A stretch of 64,000 nt of DNA. Source: a virus (lineage: Duplodnaviria > Heunggongvirae > Uroviricota > Caudoviricetes). The stretch lies in IMG/VR virus record IMGVR_UViG_3300035516_000805; one strand, written 5' to 3'. Positions 1 through 9,049 of this stretch are shown piece after piece. The position numbers were made by a program, and so were the translations under genes. Each line of letters begins with the position of its first letter. Within the stretch, counting starts at the first letter, position 1. A model generated the notes under the pieces. That model did no database searches. It had not been told where the DNA came from and saw nothing but the letters and a program-made list of their open reading frames with translations.

Positions 1-205
1 TATAGATTCCATTAGCTTCATTTTCAATATTTAAGAAAAAATCAACCAAGTTTCCCTCCATATCAAATGAGCCATAATATTGTTCATTTTTATTTCTAAA
101 CGTAATAGGTAATTCAACTTCATTTGTTCCATCATCAATAACAACACTTAAAGAGTCTGATTCAAAAAAATCTAAATTTAAAGTTTCACTAATTGCGAAT
201 TCCAT
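1..205 (-). CDS. hypothetical protein (partial, continues upstream of window)
   Basis: Minus-strand ORF starting at ATG (plus coords 203-205) with upstream AAGGATAAGGTGG RBS-like; runs to window edge. Confidence 0.4.
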   Translation of the reverse strand, partial: MEFAISETLNLDFFESDSLSVVIDDGTNEVELPITFRNKNEQYYGSFDMEGNLVDFFLNIENEANGIY

Positions 206-699
206 AGCTTGACCACCTTATCCTTTTTACTTAAATATTTTTTTTTAAATAAATTTCCACTTAAATAATGTAAAACTTATCAGTTTAACATTGTTTGGAA
301 AGTAAATTATATATATACACAATTTGTTTTTATTTAAAATGTGTAGGAACATAATTGTATAATTTTCTTTGTTTTAAAACCAAAGGTTTTAAATAAAAAA
401 GAAAAGATTTATTTTTGGAGCTTTTAAAAAGAAAGTGGCTATTATTGTGTCTTTATTCTTTAAAGTTAATTCTTTTTCAGTAAACTTTAAAATAAACTGA
501 TTTTATATACCTTTTAAAGTTTTATCCTTTTAATTTGAGACATTTGTTGTCTTAAAATCTATATTTAACTTAGACAGTAGTTCCTTTATAGCTACTATCT
601 AAGTCAGTACCCTATAAGTTAAATCTTAAAAACTTAATCCTATGGTTAACTTTAAACTTTTAACTCAGCAGTTTCAGTCTTCAACGTATTATTTTTTTT

Positions 700-900
700 A
701 TTGTTCACACCTATATAGTGTGTGTTTTTATTATCACTTTAACGGTTTTACTTTTATTACTGATACTATATAGTGTGTTTTATTTTAAAAGTTTTACTGG
801 CTTAGTTCTTATTCTTTTATTCATTTTACACCTATATAGTGTGTTCTTTTAAAAATTCCTTACTTAATATTTATACCAATATAGTGTGTTTTTATTGTTT
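700..900 (+). repeat. four spaced direct repeats of TATATAGTGTGTT (iteron/operator-like)
   Basis: Copies at about 712, 766, 829 and 877 in the divergent intergenic region. Confidence 0.6.
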
Positions 901-958
901 TAACATTTATTGTAAAACAGCTAAAGTTTTTGCCTTTTAAAGTGTGAATTTCATAGTA

Positions 959-970
959 TTTTACATTATT
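959..970 (+). promoter_or_regulatory. class II motif TTTTACATTATT
   Basis: About 30 nt upstream of the start of gene 1000. Confidence 0.4.
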
Positions 971-999
971 TAATTAAAAGAAGTAAAGGAGATATAAAG

Positions 1000-2274
1000 A
1001 TGAGCTTAATAAATTTACCAAATAAAACAAAGCCACCAAAGAAAACAAAAGCTGAACTAAAACAGGAATTCTTAGACAGTCAGAACCTCAATAGTAAGAC
1101 AAAATATGATGACAGCTTATATGGTCTTGCTTCTGAAGAAGATAATGTAGAAAAAACTACACAGGAAGAAGGAGAAGTAATTAACTGGGATGATGAAGAA
1201 GAAGATACTGCACCAGTTGAAACAAATAAAGTAAAACCTAAAAAGAGTAAACTACCATTGATTATACTAATTGTGTTTATACTTATTGCAGGAATAGGTG
1301 CATATTTTTACCTTACAATTTATTCTAAACAGGAAAGTTATGTAGAACCTGATTATTTAACCATTTTAAATAATCAATTATCACAGTCTTTACAATCTTA
1401 TGAAATAACTATTAAGGAAAATGATAATACATACTCTTATAAAGTTATCAATGATACGGATACTGTGTATTTTGAAAATACATTAGAAACACAAAAAGGT
1501 TATATTGAAAAAATTGATACAAAGAAAGGTATCTATGTAAGTACAGACAATCTAAGTTTTACATTATATTTAAAACCATTTGAGACATTTATAGATGATG
1601 TTTACACAGACTTTATTGAGCAGGATAATGAAAATGAAACAAATGCAATAACAGCGATTGAAGATTTTTATTATTATGATGATGCCAACAGTTCTACCTA
1701 TGAAAGTTCTTACTCAGATGAAGTAGACGAAAAAGGAAATCCAAATCCAAGTGAAGGCTATGTCAGTGGAATTATTGCATATCAAAAAGCATCTGAATAT
1801 TTAGGTGATATTTATGATGTTTACCTGTTAAATAATACTGATATTACAAACTTTTTACAGTTAAATCAAAAAAAGTTAAATGTCAATGTAAACTATACAT
1901 TTGACAATATTAACGGAACTTTAAAAGAAATTCATTATGCAGTTACATCACATAGTTTAAGCGAAGCAATTAATAATTATGATAGAATTGTTAAATTAGA
2001 TACTTTTGAAGTAACAATAAAGCCATTAACTATTAAAGAGGGTGTCACAGAAGTTCATACTCCGGCTAATATTTCACTTCAAACAAATGAAACAATCGAA
2101 ATTTCAACAACTTTTGTAAGTACCGGTGATAAGAAAAACACTTCAAGTGGTGAAGTAAATGAAAATAAAGAAGAAAATTTAAAGCCGGATTATATTACAG
2201 AAGAAACCTTCTTTAGTGAAGACAATGATAGTAACAATGATAGTAACAATGATAGTAACAATGATAGTAATTAA
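1000..2274 (+). CDS. hypothetical membrane-anchored protein with C-terminal DSNN tandem repeats
   Basis: 424-aa ORF, RBS AAGGAG upstream, one predicted TM helix (LPLIILIVFILIAGIGAYFYL), 12-bp tandem DNA repeat at 3' end. Confidence 0.6.
   Translation: MSLINLPNKTKPPKKTKAELKQEFLDSQNLNSKTKYDDSLYGLASEEDNVEKTTQEEGEVINWDDEEEDTAPVETNKVKPKKSKLPLIILIVFILIAGIGAYFYLTIYSKQESYVEPDYLTILNNQLSQSLQSYEITIKENDNTYSYKVINDTDTVYFENTLETQKGYIEKIDTKKGIYVSTDNLSFTLYLKPFETFIDDVYTDFIEQDNENETNAITAIEDFYYYDDANSSTYESSYSDEVDEKGNPNPSEGYVSGIIAYQKASEYLGDIYDVYLLNNTDITNFLQLNQKKLNVNVNYTFDNINGTLKEIHYAVTSHSLSEAINNYDRIVKLDTFEVTIKPLTIKEGVTEVHTPANISLQTNETIEISTTFVSTGDKKNTSSGEVNENKEENLKPDYITEETFFSEDNDSNNDSNNDSNNDSN
2224..2274 (+). repeat. 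12-bp tandem repeat x4 (encodes DSNN repeats)
   Basis: aatgatagtaac x4. Confidence 0.8.
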
Positions 2275-2303
2275 TTTTAAAAGAAAGATAAAAAGGTACA
2301 ATT

Positions 2304-2489
2304 ATGGACGATTATATGAATAATTATACATTTGAAGATTTTTTAAATTCTACAACAGTAGAAGACGTTATAGAACTTGAAAAGACAACCTTATTGGAAG
2401 AAAAACTAATTGATACAATACTTTCACGGTATGACGATAATGGACTTAAAACGCCGGATACATTAAATATTGGAAAACCTATTTATTAA
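2304..2489 (+). CDS. hypothetical protein
   Basis: 61-aa ORF followed by GC-rich hairpin terminator. Confidence 0.4.
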   Translation: MDDYMNNYTFEDFLNSTTVEDVIELEKTTLLEEKLIDTILSRYDDNGLKTPDTLNIGKPIY

Positions 2490-2500
2490 TATTAACGCTC

Positions 2501-2528
2501 CCCGATGCTAAAGCATCGGGTTTGCGTT
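2501..2528 (+). terminator. intrinsic terminator
   Basis: cccgatgc-taaa-gcatcggg hairpin followed by TTTGCGTT. Confidence 0.6.
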
Positions 2529-2661
2529 CTAACGAAAATTTATCACAATCTGAATTAACACAAAAATTAGATAATAATAATTTTAAACTTTTTAAACTTT
2601 TCTATTGACGTTATTAAACTATTTTATTATAATACTGTTGTAAGGATAAAGAGGTGTTAGA

Positions 2662-3021
2662 ATGGCGCAATCAGAACTAAAAACTCGGCTCAAACAAGCT
2701 TTATTATTAAGGAATATGAAGCCTATTGAATTATCAGAAAAAACTGGTATTTCTAAATCCGCAATCAGTCAATACATGTCTGGATATGCGAAGCCGAAGC
2801 AAGATAGAATATATTCAATTTGTAAAATTCTTGATGTAAGCGAAGCTTGGCTAATGGGATTTGATGTTCCTATGGAGGGAGAACAAACAAAAAAAATACA
2901 GCCTAGCATATTAACATACTACAATCAGCTCAATTCACTTGGCAAGCAAGAGGCTGATAAACGCATTGAAGAGCTTACACATTTTTCAAAGTATACTTCA
3001 AGAAAGTATATTTCAAGTTAA
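2662..3021 (+). CDS. XRE-family helix-turn-helix transcriptional regulator
   Basis: N-terminus matches Cro/CI-type HTH (ELSEKTGISKSAISQYMSG). Confidence 0.8.
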   Translation: MAQSELKTRLKQALLLRNMKPIELSEKTGISKSAISQYMSGYAKPKQDRIYSICKILDVSEAWLMGFDVPMEGEQTKKIQPSILTYYNQLNSLGKQEADKRIEELTHFSKYTSRKYISS

Positions 3022-3093
3022 TTGGGAGATTTTTAAACTTTAGATTATGACTCTGACTCCATTCTAATGATAAAGCCCGGGTATATTAATAAT

Positions 3094-3119
3094 GCTGGTA
3101 GTTTTTAAAAACTACCAGC
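3094..3119. terminator. bidirectional hairpin terminator between convergent genes
   Basis: gctggtagttttt-aaaa-actaccagc perfect hairpin between + gene ending 3021 and - gene ending 3130. Confidence 0.55.
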
Positions 3120-3129
3120 TAACTATGTT

Positions 3130-4353
3130 TCACATATCATTGTCATAACCAAATTCTTCATAATCAATTTCTTCGTGAGTAAAATTGAAAATGTCTTGTA
3201 ACTCTTCTTCACTAAAGATGTCACCATATATATATTCAATATCACTTACAAATTCATAATAAGAAAGTGGACTGTAATTGTATGCCATTGTAACTATTTC
3301 TGAATAAATTGCATCCCAGTCTTCATCTGTAATATTATTTGTATCTATATCATTATCAGTTAAACTAAACATAGAATAATAACTGTTAGAATATGAATAT
3401 CCACTTCCGTAATAATCTGAATAAGTTTTAACCGGCAAGTGTATCTCCTTATTCCGTTCCAATAAATATTCCTTAATATGTTTTAATTCTTCACGGTCTT
3501 CTTTTGACGCTGCTAAGTAATATTCCTTTATAAAATGCTCTAATATTAAGGTATATCCTAAAAATGTGGGTTCTTTTACGTCTAATCCATAATTGCTATG
3601 CATAGAGCCATTTGTAGGCAGACAATAAGAAAATTCTGCACAATCATGTTTTCTATAATAAAATGATTCATCCGTCATAGTAAGAGAAGGCTCTATATAT
3701 TCTTCATCAAAAGGAGATGAGTCATTTTTATTATTTTTTATGACACAAAAAGACTGTGACGGTTCTGAACTTAAAAAGCACTCCCGGATATGGTCCGACA
3801 ATAATTTAGGAGCTTTTGAATTCCACCCTTCTACGGATGCCAATAAATTTTTATTAAAGCCTTCATAAGTAACATCCAACGTAATAACAAATGGAAGAAT
3901 ATAGTGGTCTTTAAAAAATTTTAAAGAAGAAGCTGCACCAGACATTCGACCTGTTTCCTCTTCAGCCGTAAAAGTAAAAAATACATTGTCTGGCAGTTCA
4001 TTACGCAGCATTAATGTTGTTGCAACTGCATTAGTTCCTAAATTGTCATAAGTTCCGTGATAAATATTATCTTCACATTTGCTTGATACGTTTGTAATTT
4101 CATTTACGATATCTGCATGTGTTGATACTAAAACAGCATTATTTTGAGGATGATTTTTACCATAAATAACACAATTATTGTCTTTATAGACTATATAATA
4201 TGGAGAATTTACTAAGAGAGCTTCAATCTCAGTCAGTTTTTCTGTATTAGTAAAACCATTTTTGTTTGACCTTGCAGGTTTTGATATTTTATCTAAAACC
4301 ATATCAAGTGTATCTTTTAAAGTATCTAATATTAATTGTTCTTGTTCTGTCAT
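3130..4353 (-). CDS. M42/M28-like metallopeptidase-like protein (divergent)
   Basis: Motifs STHAD, YDNLGTNAVA, FTAEEETGRMSGAAS resemble the HxD / DDxxG / EEvGxxGA blocks of the M42 aminopeptidase fold; second metal-site Asp replaced by Asn. Confidence 0.45.
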   Translation of the reverse strand: MTEQEQLILDTLKDTLDMVLDKISKPARSNKNGFTNTEKLTEIEALLVNSPYYIVYKDNNCVIYGKNHPQNNAVLVSTHADIVNEITNVSSKCEDNIYHGTYDNLGTNAVATTLMLRNELPDNVFFTFTAEEETGRMSGAASSLKFFKDHYILPFVITLDVTYEGFNKNLLASVEGWNSKAPKLLSDHIRECFLSSEPSQSFCVIKNNKNDSSPFDEEYIEPSLTMTDESFYYRKHDCAEFSYCLPTNGSMHSNYGLDVKEPTFLGYTLILEHFIKEYYLAASKEDREELKHIKEYLLERNKEIHLPVKTYSDYYGSGYSYSNSYYSMFSLTDNDIDTNNITDEDWDAIYSEIVTMAYNYSPLSYYEFVSDIEYIYGDIFSEEELQDIFNFTHEEIDYEEFGYDNDM

Positions 4354-4544
4354 CGCTTTAACCTCCGTTTATATTAATAATGTAAAATGGAAGTTTTGTT
4401 TTTTATAAAACTTCCATTACACTACAAGTTCTTTAGAACTTAGATGGTAGTTTTATAAAAACTACCATCAGTAGTGATAGAAGATAAAATCTTCTATCTA
4501 ACTTATAGTAAAATGGAAATTCTTTAGAATTTGTAATAAAATAT

Positions 4545-4558
4545 TTTTTACATTATTT
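4545..4558 (+). promoter_or_regulatory. class II motif
   Basis: ttttttacattatttataataaaag, upstream of gene 4597. Confidence 0.4.
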
Positions 4559-4596
4559 ATAATAAAAGCAGTAATATTAAAATAAGGAGTTTTAAA

Positions 4597-5136
4597 ATGA
4601 ATGATTATAAAACATTAGCAAAGGACTTAGCCGGTTTAACACTTTATGAGTTAAAACAGGGAAAAATTATTTCGAAGGAAAATACTGACCAAGATACTAT
4701 TATAAAAAGAATCATATTAAAAAATAAAATTTTTAAAAAGAATGTCATTTATTTTGAAATTATTAATGGAAAAAAGATACTAGATAAGGAAGAACTTTAT
4801 AAGATTCCCAAAGATAATATTAAGAGAATGAATTACTTAGAGCGTAATTCAACGTTTTTAGAAAATCTTTATCTGTATTCTTTAGAAATGATGGAAGACA
4901 GATTTAATTATGCAGTAAAAGAAAAACAGCTTCAAGATGAAGAATTAATGCTTAAAAAAGACAAAAAAGAATTAAGTAAAACAGGTCAGTTGGAAGTTTT
5001 CAAAAGTTCCAACATTACTCTTTCTTCTTCACCTACGGTTTCAGAAGGTTCTTCGAATTCTTTCTTAACAGAAAATTCTTTGAGTCCTTCTTCGCAAAGC
5101 AATATCAGACCAAGAAGAAAACTTAGAAAAGATTAA
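4597..5136 (+). CDS. hypothetical protein (Ser-rich C-terminus)
   Basis: 179-aa ORF with RBS AAGGAG. Confidence 0.5.
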   Translation: MNDYKTLAKDLAGLTLYELKQGKIISKENTDQDTIIKRIILKNKIFKKNVIYFEIINGKKILDKEELYKIPKDNIKRMNYLERNSTFLENLYLYSLEMMEDRFNYAVKEKQLQDEELMLKKDKKELSKTGQLEVFKSSNITLSSSPTVSEGSSNSFLTENSLSPSSQSNIRPRRKLRKD

Positions 5137-5186
5137 GTCCTCTACCTTAAAGATAGTGGACTTAACACTTTTAGTTTATATTTTTT

Positions 5187-5609
5187 TTAGTTAAAATCAT
5201 CAAATTGTCTACTTTTAAAGTTCTCATAATCTTTATATAATGCAATCATAGAAGAAAAGAATACTTTTAAATTTTTCTCAGAAAGGACCTCTTTGATTGT
5301 TTTTTCCTTTTTAGAAAACTTGTTATATTCAATATTTGGATAAGTAACACCATCAAAGAAATCTGGTAATTCATATCTCCAAATGTTTGCTAATACAATA
5401 CCCTCAGAGGAAAGTTCTTTATTTTGTGGTTGAATTAAAAAAGTTAAATTACAGTTTGATTTCTTAAAAATTTTCAATAAAGATATTATAAAAGCATTTA
5501 CATTACCTGTTTCAAAATTATCTAATGTTAAATAACAGAAAAACGTTCCATCTATGTTATCATAAGTACAGTCAAAGGAAGCTTCGACAGTTAAACGATA
5601 TTCGTTCAT
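5187..5609 (-). CDS. hypothetical protein
   Basis: 140-aa minus-strand ORF. Confidence 0.5.
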   Translation of the reverse strand: MNEYRLTVEASFDCTYDNIDGTFFCYLTLDNFETGNVNAFIISLLKIFKKSNCNLTFLIQPQNKELSSEGIVLANIWRYELPDFFDGVTYPNIEYNKFSKKEKTIKEVLSEKNLKVFFSSMIALYKDYENFKSRQFDDFN

Positions 5610-5867
5610 AATTACAACCTTCTTTCTGTATTATTTTTACTTTTATATAATAAGACAAAAATCATTTAATTAAGTTCCTTATAAAGTTAATAATTTTGGA
5701 CATTTTTATTTATTTTGTTAAAAAAGATAACAAAATAAATAAGTTCTTACACAATGTAAACTTTAAAAGTTATACATACTATAATGGTCTTTAATTTTAA
5801 AGATAATCATATACCGTTCCATTATAATAATTTTTATGTGAAATTACAATAATAGTTTTCATATAAA

Positions 5868-5999
5868 TTATTTAAAAACTGACTGTCCCATTTTTCCTAT
5901 ACAATAAATATTTATAGAAGAAGTGGAACATATATCATTTTTATCATTATTGTAATGTTTTTCTATATAATAGGTATATTGATATGGTATATGATTCAT
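5868..5999 (-). CDS. small conserved ORF inside long direct repeat copy A (43 aa)
   Basis: MNHIPYQYTYYIEKHYNNDKNDICSTSSINIYCIGKMGQSVFK; a near-identical ORF is present in repeat copy B, differing by amino-acid replacements rather than frameshifts. Confidence 0.3.
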   Translation of the reverse strand: MNHIPYQYTYYIEKHYNNDKNDICSTSSINIYCIGKMGQSVFK

Positions 6000-6113
6000 A
6001 TATTTTTACCCTTTAACGCAAAAACTTTATAATGTTTCACTTTTTAAGGTCTTATTTTAAGTTTTTAACTTTTATACATAAAATTTTTATATTTAAAACG
6101 AAAAAACTTATAA
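5884..6113 (+). repeat. copy A of ~230-bp long direct repeat (copy B at 35266-35498)
   Basis: Near-identical sequence by eye (a few mismatches). Confidence 0.85.
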
Positions 6114-6129
6114 TTTTAGGACTTTACAT

Positions 6130-6420
6130 TTATAAAAAACATAAAAGTTAAAATTTTATAAGGTTTAATCATAAAATTCTTTAAATTTCTATTTTATCTA
6201 TAAAAGTTTAACCTTTATAGATTTTAACCTTTAAAGAATAAAACCTTTATAGATTTTACTTTAAAGGTTTTCCATTTTATAGTTTTTCACTTTTATAGTT
6301 TTTCACTTTTATAGTTTTTAACCTTTAAAATATTCAAACTTTTATAGTTTTAAAACTTTTAATTTTCCAAACCTTTATAATTTAAACATTAATATACTTT
6401 CGGCTAAAGTTTTGACTTTT
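6130..6420 (+). repeat. iteron-like array (putative replication origin)
   Basis: Repeated CTTTTATAGTTTTT / ACCTTTATAGATTTTA units, including 3 perfect tandem 16-mers CACTTTTATAGTTTTT. Confidence 0.6.
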
Positions 6421-6464
6421 ATAGTAACTACAAAGTAATTACTATAAATGGTAAAACTTTCATA

Positions 6465-6478
6465 TTTTACATTATTAA
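6465..6478 (+). promoter_or_regulatory. class II motif
   Basis: attttacattattaaagtagaaaacat, upstream of the AAA+ gene. Confidence 0.4.
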
Positions 6479-6507
6479 AGTAGAAAACATAGAAAGGAAA
6501 AACTTTT

Positions 6508-7629
6508 ATGAAACATATTAAGTATTATTTAACATTTTTAGGAAGCTTAGTTGGTTTAGGACTATGTATTTTAAGTGGAGTATTTTTATTTTATAATTTA
6601 CAGTCAGTTATAGATAACCCTGTTAATGGTCTTTTATATATTACTTTTTGTGTAATAGGAATTATTTTAATAAAGATTATGAATGAAATCAGACCTGATT
6701 TACTGCAGTCAATAGAAGTAGACGAATTTGGACATAAAAAAAGTACTGAATATAAACGATTAAGTCAAGAAGAACGAAGCCAAATAGATGTAATGAATAC
6801 ATTATTGGATGAACAGTCATTAAGTGATGCTGAATACCGTAATATTTTAAAAGAAGGATTCCCTAAAAAAGTAAATCCAATAGATGAACTAAACAAATTA
6901 GTCGGACTAGAAAATGTAAAACTAGAAGTTAAAAAATTAGAGGCAAATATGGCTTATACAAAGGCAGAAGACAGACATGCTTATCATATGTGCTTTTTAG
7001 GTAATCCCGGAACCGGTAAAACAACAGTAGTTAAAATTATTACAAGTTTACTATATAAATATGGTTATATTAAGAATAATCAATATATCCAGACAGATGC
7101 AAGTAGCATATTAAGTAGTTCAAATCCTGTAAGAAAGATGCAGCTATTGTTAATGAGAGCACATGGAAAAGTGTTATTTATTGATGAGGCATATGCATTT
7201 ATTTATGACCAAAGTGGTGAAGGACTTGAAGCACTTGCTGTCTTATTAAATACAATGGAAAATGACCGTGACAGTTTAACAATTATCTTAGCCGGTTATA
7301 AAAAGGAAATGTCACAGTTATTAGACTTAAATAGTGGATTACAGTCAAGAATTAATACTTACTTAGAATTTAAAGATTATGAAATGGCTGATTTGTGGCA
7401 GATATTCTGTAATATGGCAAATTCAAAGGGCTTTACTGTAAATAAGAACTGTCAAAGTGAAGTACTAACACAGTTAGGCATAAAACGGTTAAATGCTAAT
7501 TATGCTAATGCAAGAACAGTTAGAACTTTCTTAGAAGATACCATAAAGGAACATAATTATTTATTATATACGAAAGAAATTCCAGAAGAATATCAAAAAG
7601 TTATTGGTGCTTATGATTTTAAGGCTTAA
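6508..7629 (+). CDS. membrane-anchored AAA+ ATPase, SpoVK/CbbX family
   Basis: N-terminal TM helices; Walker A GNPGTGKTTV, Walker B VLFIDEAYAF, motif pattern typical of SpoVK/CbbX. Confidence 0.75.
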   Translation: MKHIKYYLTFLGSLVGLGLCILSGVFLFYNLQSVIDNPVNGLLYITFCVIGIILIKIMNEIRPDLLQSIEVDEFGHKKSTEYKRLSQEERSQIDVMNTLLDEQSLSDAEYRNILKEGFPKKVNPIDELNKLVGLENVKLEVKKLEANMAYTKAEDRHAYHMCFLGNPGTGKTTVVKIITSLLYKYGYIKNNQYIQTDASSILSSSNPVRKMQLLLMRAHGKVLFIDEAYAFIYDQSGEGLEALAVLLNTMENDRDSLTIILAGYKKEMSQLLDLNSGLQSRINTYLEFKDYEMADLWQIFCNMANSKGFTVNKNCQSEVLTQLGIKRLNANYANARTVRTFLEDTIKEHNYLLYTKEIPEEYQKVIGAYDFKA

Positions 7630-7742
7630 ATAGAAAATATTAACGAGTAGAAATTATATAATAAAAATGGTATAATAAAAAAAATGAAAACAACTAGCAT
7701 TACTAATCTCTTAAAAATCATTATCTAAGATTGGAATGAAAA

Positions 7743-8003
7743 ATGAACAATGAAATTTTAAATGTATTACCGGTTGAATTACAAAAAGACCTTATTAAAT
7801 TAATTAATTTAGAAATGAATGGTTGGTCTTTAGAATGGTATTCAAAAGCAAAAGACATTATATATCAAATGAATTTATTAAGAGATGACGGAAAATTACC
7901 AAAAAATGTTTATGATATTATTTATTCAGATTATTTAAAAGAAATGGGAAAATTAGAGAAGATAAATAATAATTTTTTAAACTTTTATTTTAATCGCAAA
8001 TAG
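7743..8003 (+). CDS. hypothetical protein
   Basis: 86-aa ORF downstream of AAA+ gene. Confidence 0.5.
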   Translation: MNNEILNVLPVELQKDLIKLINLEMNGWSLEWYSKAKDIIYQMNLLRDDGKLPKNVYDIIYSDYLKEMGKLEKINNNFLNFYFNRK

Positions 8004-8009
8004 AGAGGG

Positions 8010-8450
8010 TTGGCTATGTCATTAAATGAATTAATAGAATACATAAAAAGTGCAAATATAAATGATAAAAAAGATTATATGCAAATTATTAAGGATACAT
8101 TAGATTCTTTTGTAGATTATTTTAATATTGTTGTAGATATGCAAATTTTTTCACAAACAAATATATCTTGGACTTCTAAGACCGAATATATGTATAAGGT
8201 CAAAGATGAAAATAGACGTGAATCACATAATATTTGTATTTCTTATTGTGAAAAAATTAATCAGCTTGCTAAACTTTTAGATTTTGATTTATACATTGAT
8301 ACAACTGATAGGCATATAGTTGCTTGTTTTATCGGAGATACTATTATGGAAAATTATTCAAAAGGAATTGATAGAACCTTCAATGAAATGGTAATAGACT
8401 ATAGTAAATCTGGCAGAATTTTACAACAAATAGAAATAGAGGATTTATAA
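8010..8450 (+). CDS. hypothetical protein
   Basis: 146-aa ORF, RBS GAGAGGG. Confidence 0.55.
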   Translation: MAMSLNELIEYIKSANINDKKDYMQIIKDTLDSFVDYFNIVVDMQIFSQTNISWTSKTEYMYKVKDENRRESHNICISYCEKINQLAKLLDFDLYIDTTDRHIVACFIGDTIMENYSKGIDRTFNEMVIDYSKSGRILQQIEIEDL

Positions 8451-8452
8451 TT

Positions 8453-8839
8453 ATGATAATGCCTTATAAAAAATATCAAGATGAAAACCAATACATTACT
8501 ATTTATAAAAATTATGGATATGAAGCAAAAATAATACAATTTATCAGCCCACTGGATAATAGTCCATATTTATCAGTTGAAGTAAAATGTGAATATTTGA
8601 ATTTTCACCCGTATCCAATAATTAAATATAATCGTGCCACAAATCAATTAGAAGGAATATTCAATTCTTTTTTTGTGCTAACAGAAAATAACGAACAAGA
8701 ATGGATTCTAGGAATTCAAAATGCAGTTAATTTTATCAAAGAAATGAATGAAGTGATTAAAAAAGATTTGCAAATGGATATAAAAGAACTACAAGAACTA
8801 CAAGAACTACAAGAACTTCAAAATATTCAAGAAAAATAA
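8453..8839 (+). CDS. hypothetical protein with C-terminal ELQ repeats
   Basis: Translationally coupled to the previous ORF; 9-bp tandem repeat gaactacaa at 3' end. Confidence 0.55.
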   Translation: MIMPYKKYQDENQYITIYKNYGYEAKIIQFISPLDNSPYLSVEVKCEYLNFHPYPIIKYNRATNQLEGIFNSFFVLTENNEQEWILGIQNAVNFIKEMNEVIKKDLQMDIKELQELQELQELQNIQEK

Positions 8840-8859
8840 TTTTTCATTAAAATTATGTA

Positions 8860-8960
8860 AAAAACAGAACTTAGATAGTAGTTTTGAAAGGAACTACTAT
8901 CAGTAGTTATTTTATAACTACTGTTTAAGAAATTCTTTAGAACTTCCAACTAACCAAAAT
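8860..8960 (+). repeat. intergenic hairpin-repeat cluster (TAGATAGTAG...CTACTAT / TTCTTTAGAA / CTTCCAACTAACC)
   Basis: cagaacttagatagtagttttgaaaggaactactatcagtagttattttataactactgtttaagaaattctttagaacttccaactaacc. Confidence 0.7.
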
Positions 8961-8982
8961 TTTTATTAAAATAAAAATTTTG

Positions 8983-9030
8983 GTTTTACATTATTAATAG
9001 TAGAAACATTAATTGTTTCTACTATTTTTA
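8983..9030 (+). promoter_or_regulatory. class II motif + AGTAG...CTACT hairpin
   Basis: ggttttacattattaatagtagaaacattaattgtttctactattttta. Confidence 0.5.
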
Positions 9031-9049
9031 TTTAAAAGGAGAAATTACT

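Noticed and set aside
4387-4417. Hairpin atggaagtttt...aaaacttccat as a terminator of the peptidase gene
   Set aside because: It lies at the 5' side of the minus-strand gene (upstream of its start), so it cannot terminate it. It belongs to the GGAAGTT...AACTTCC hairpin-repeat family.
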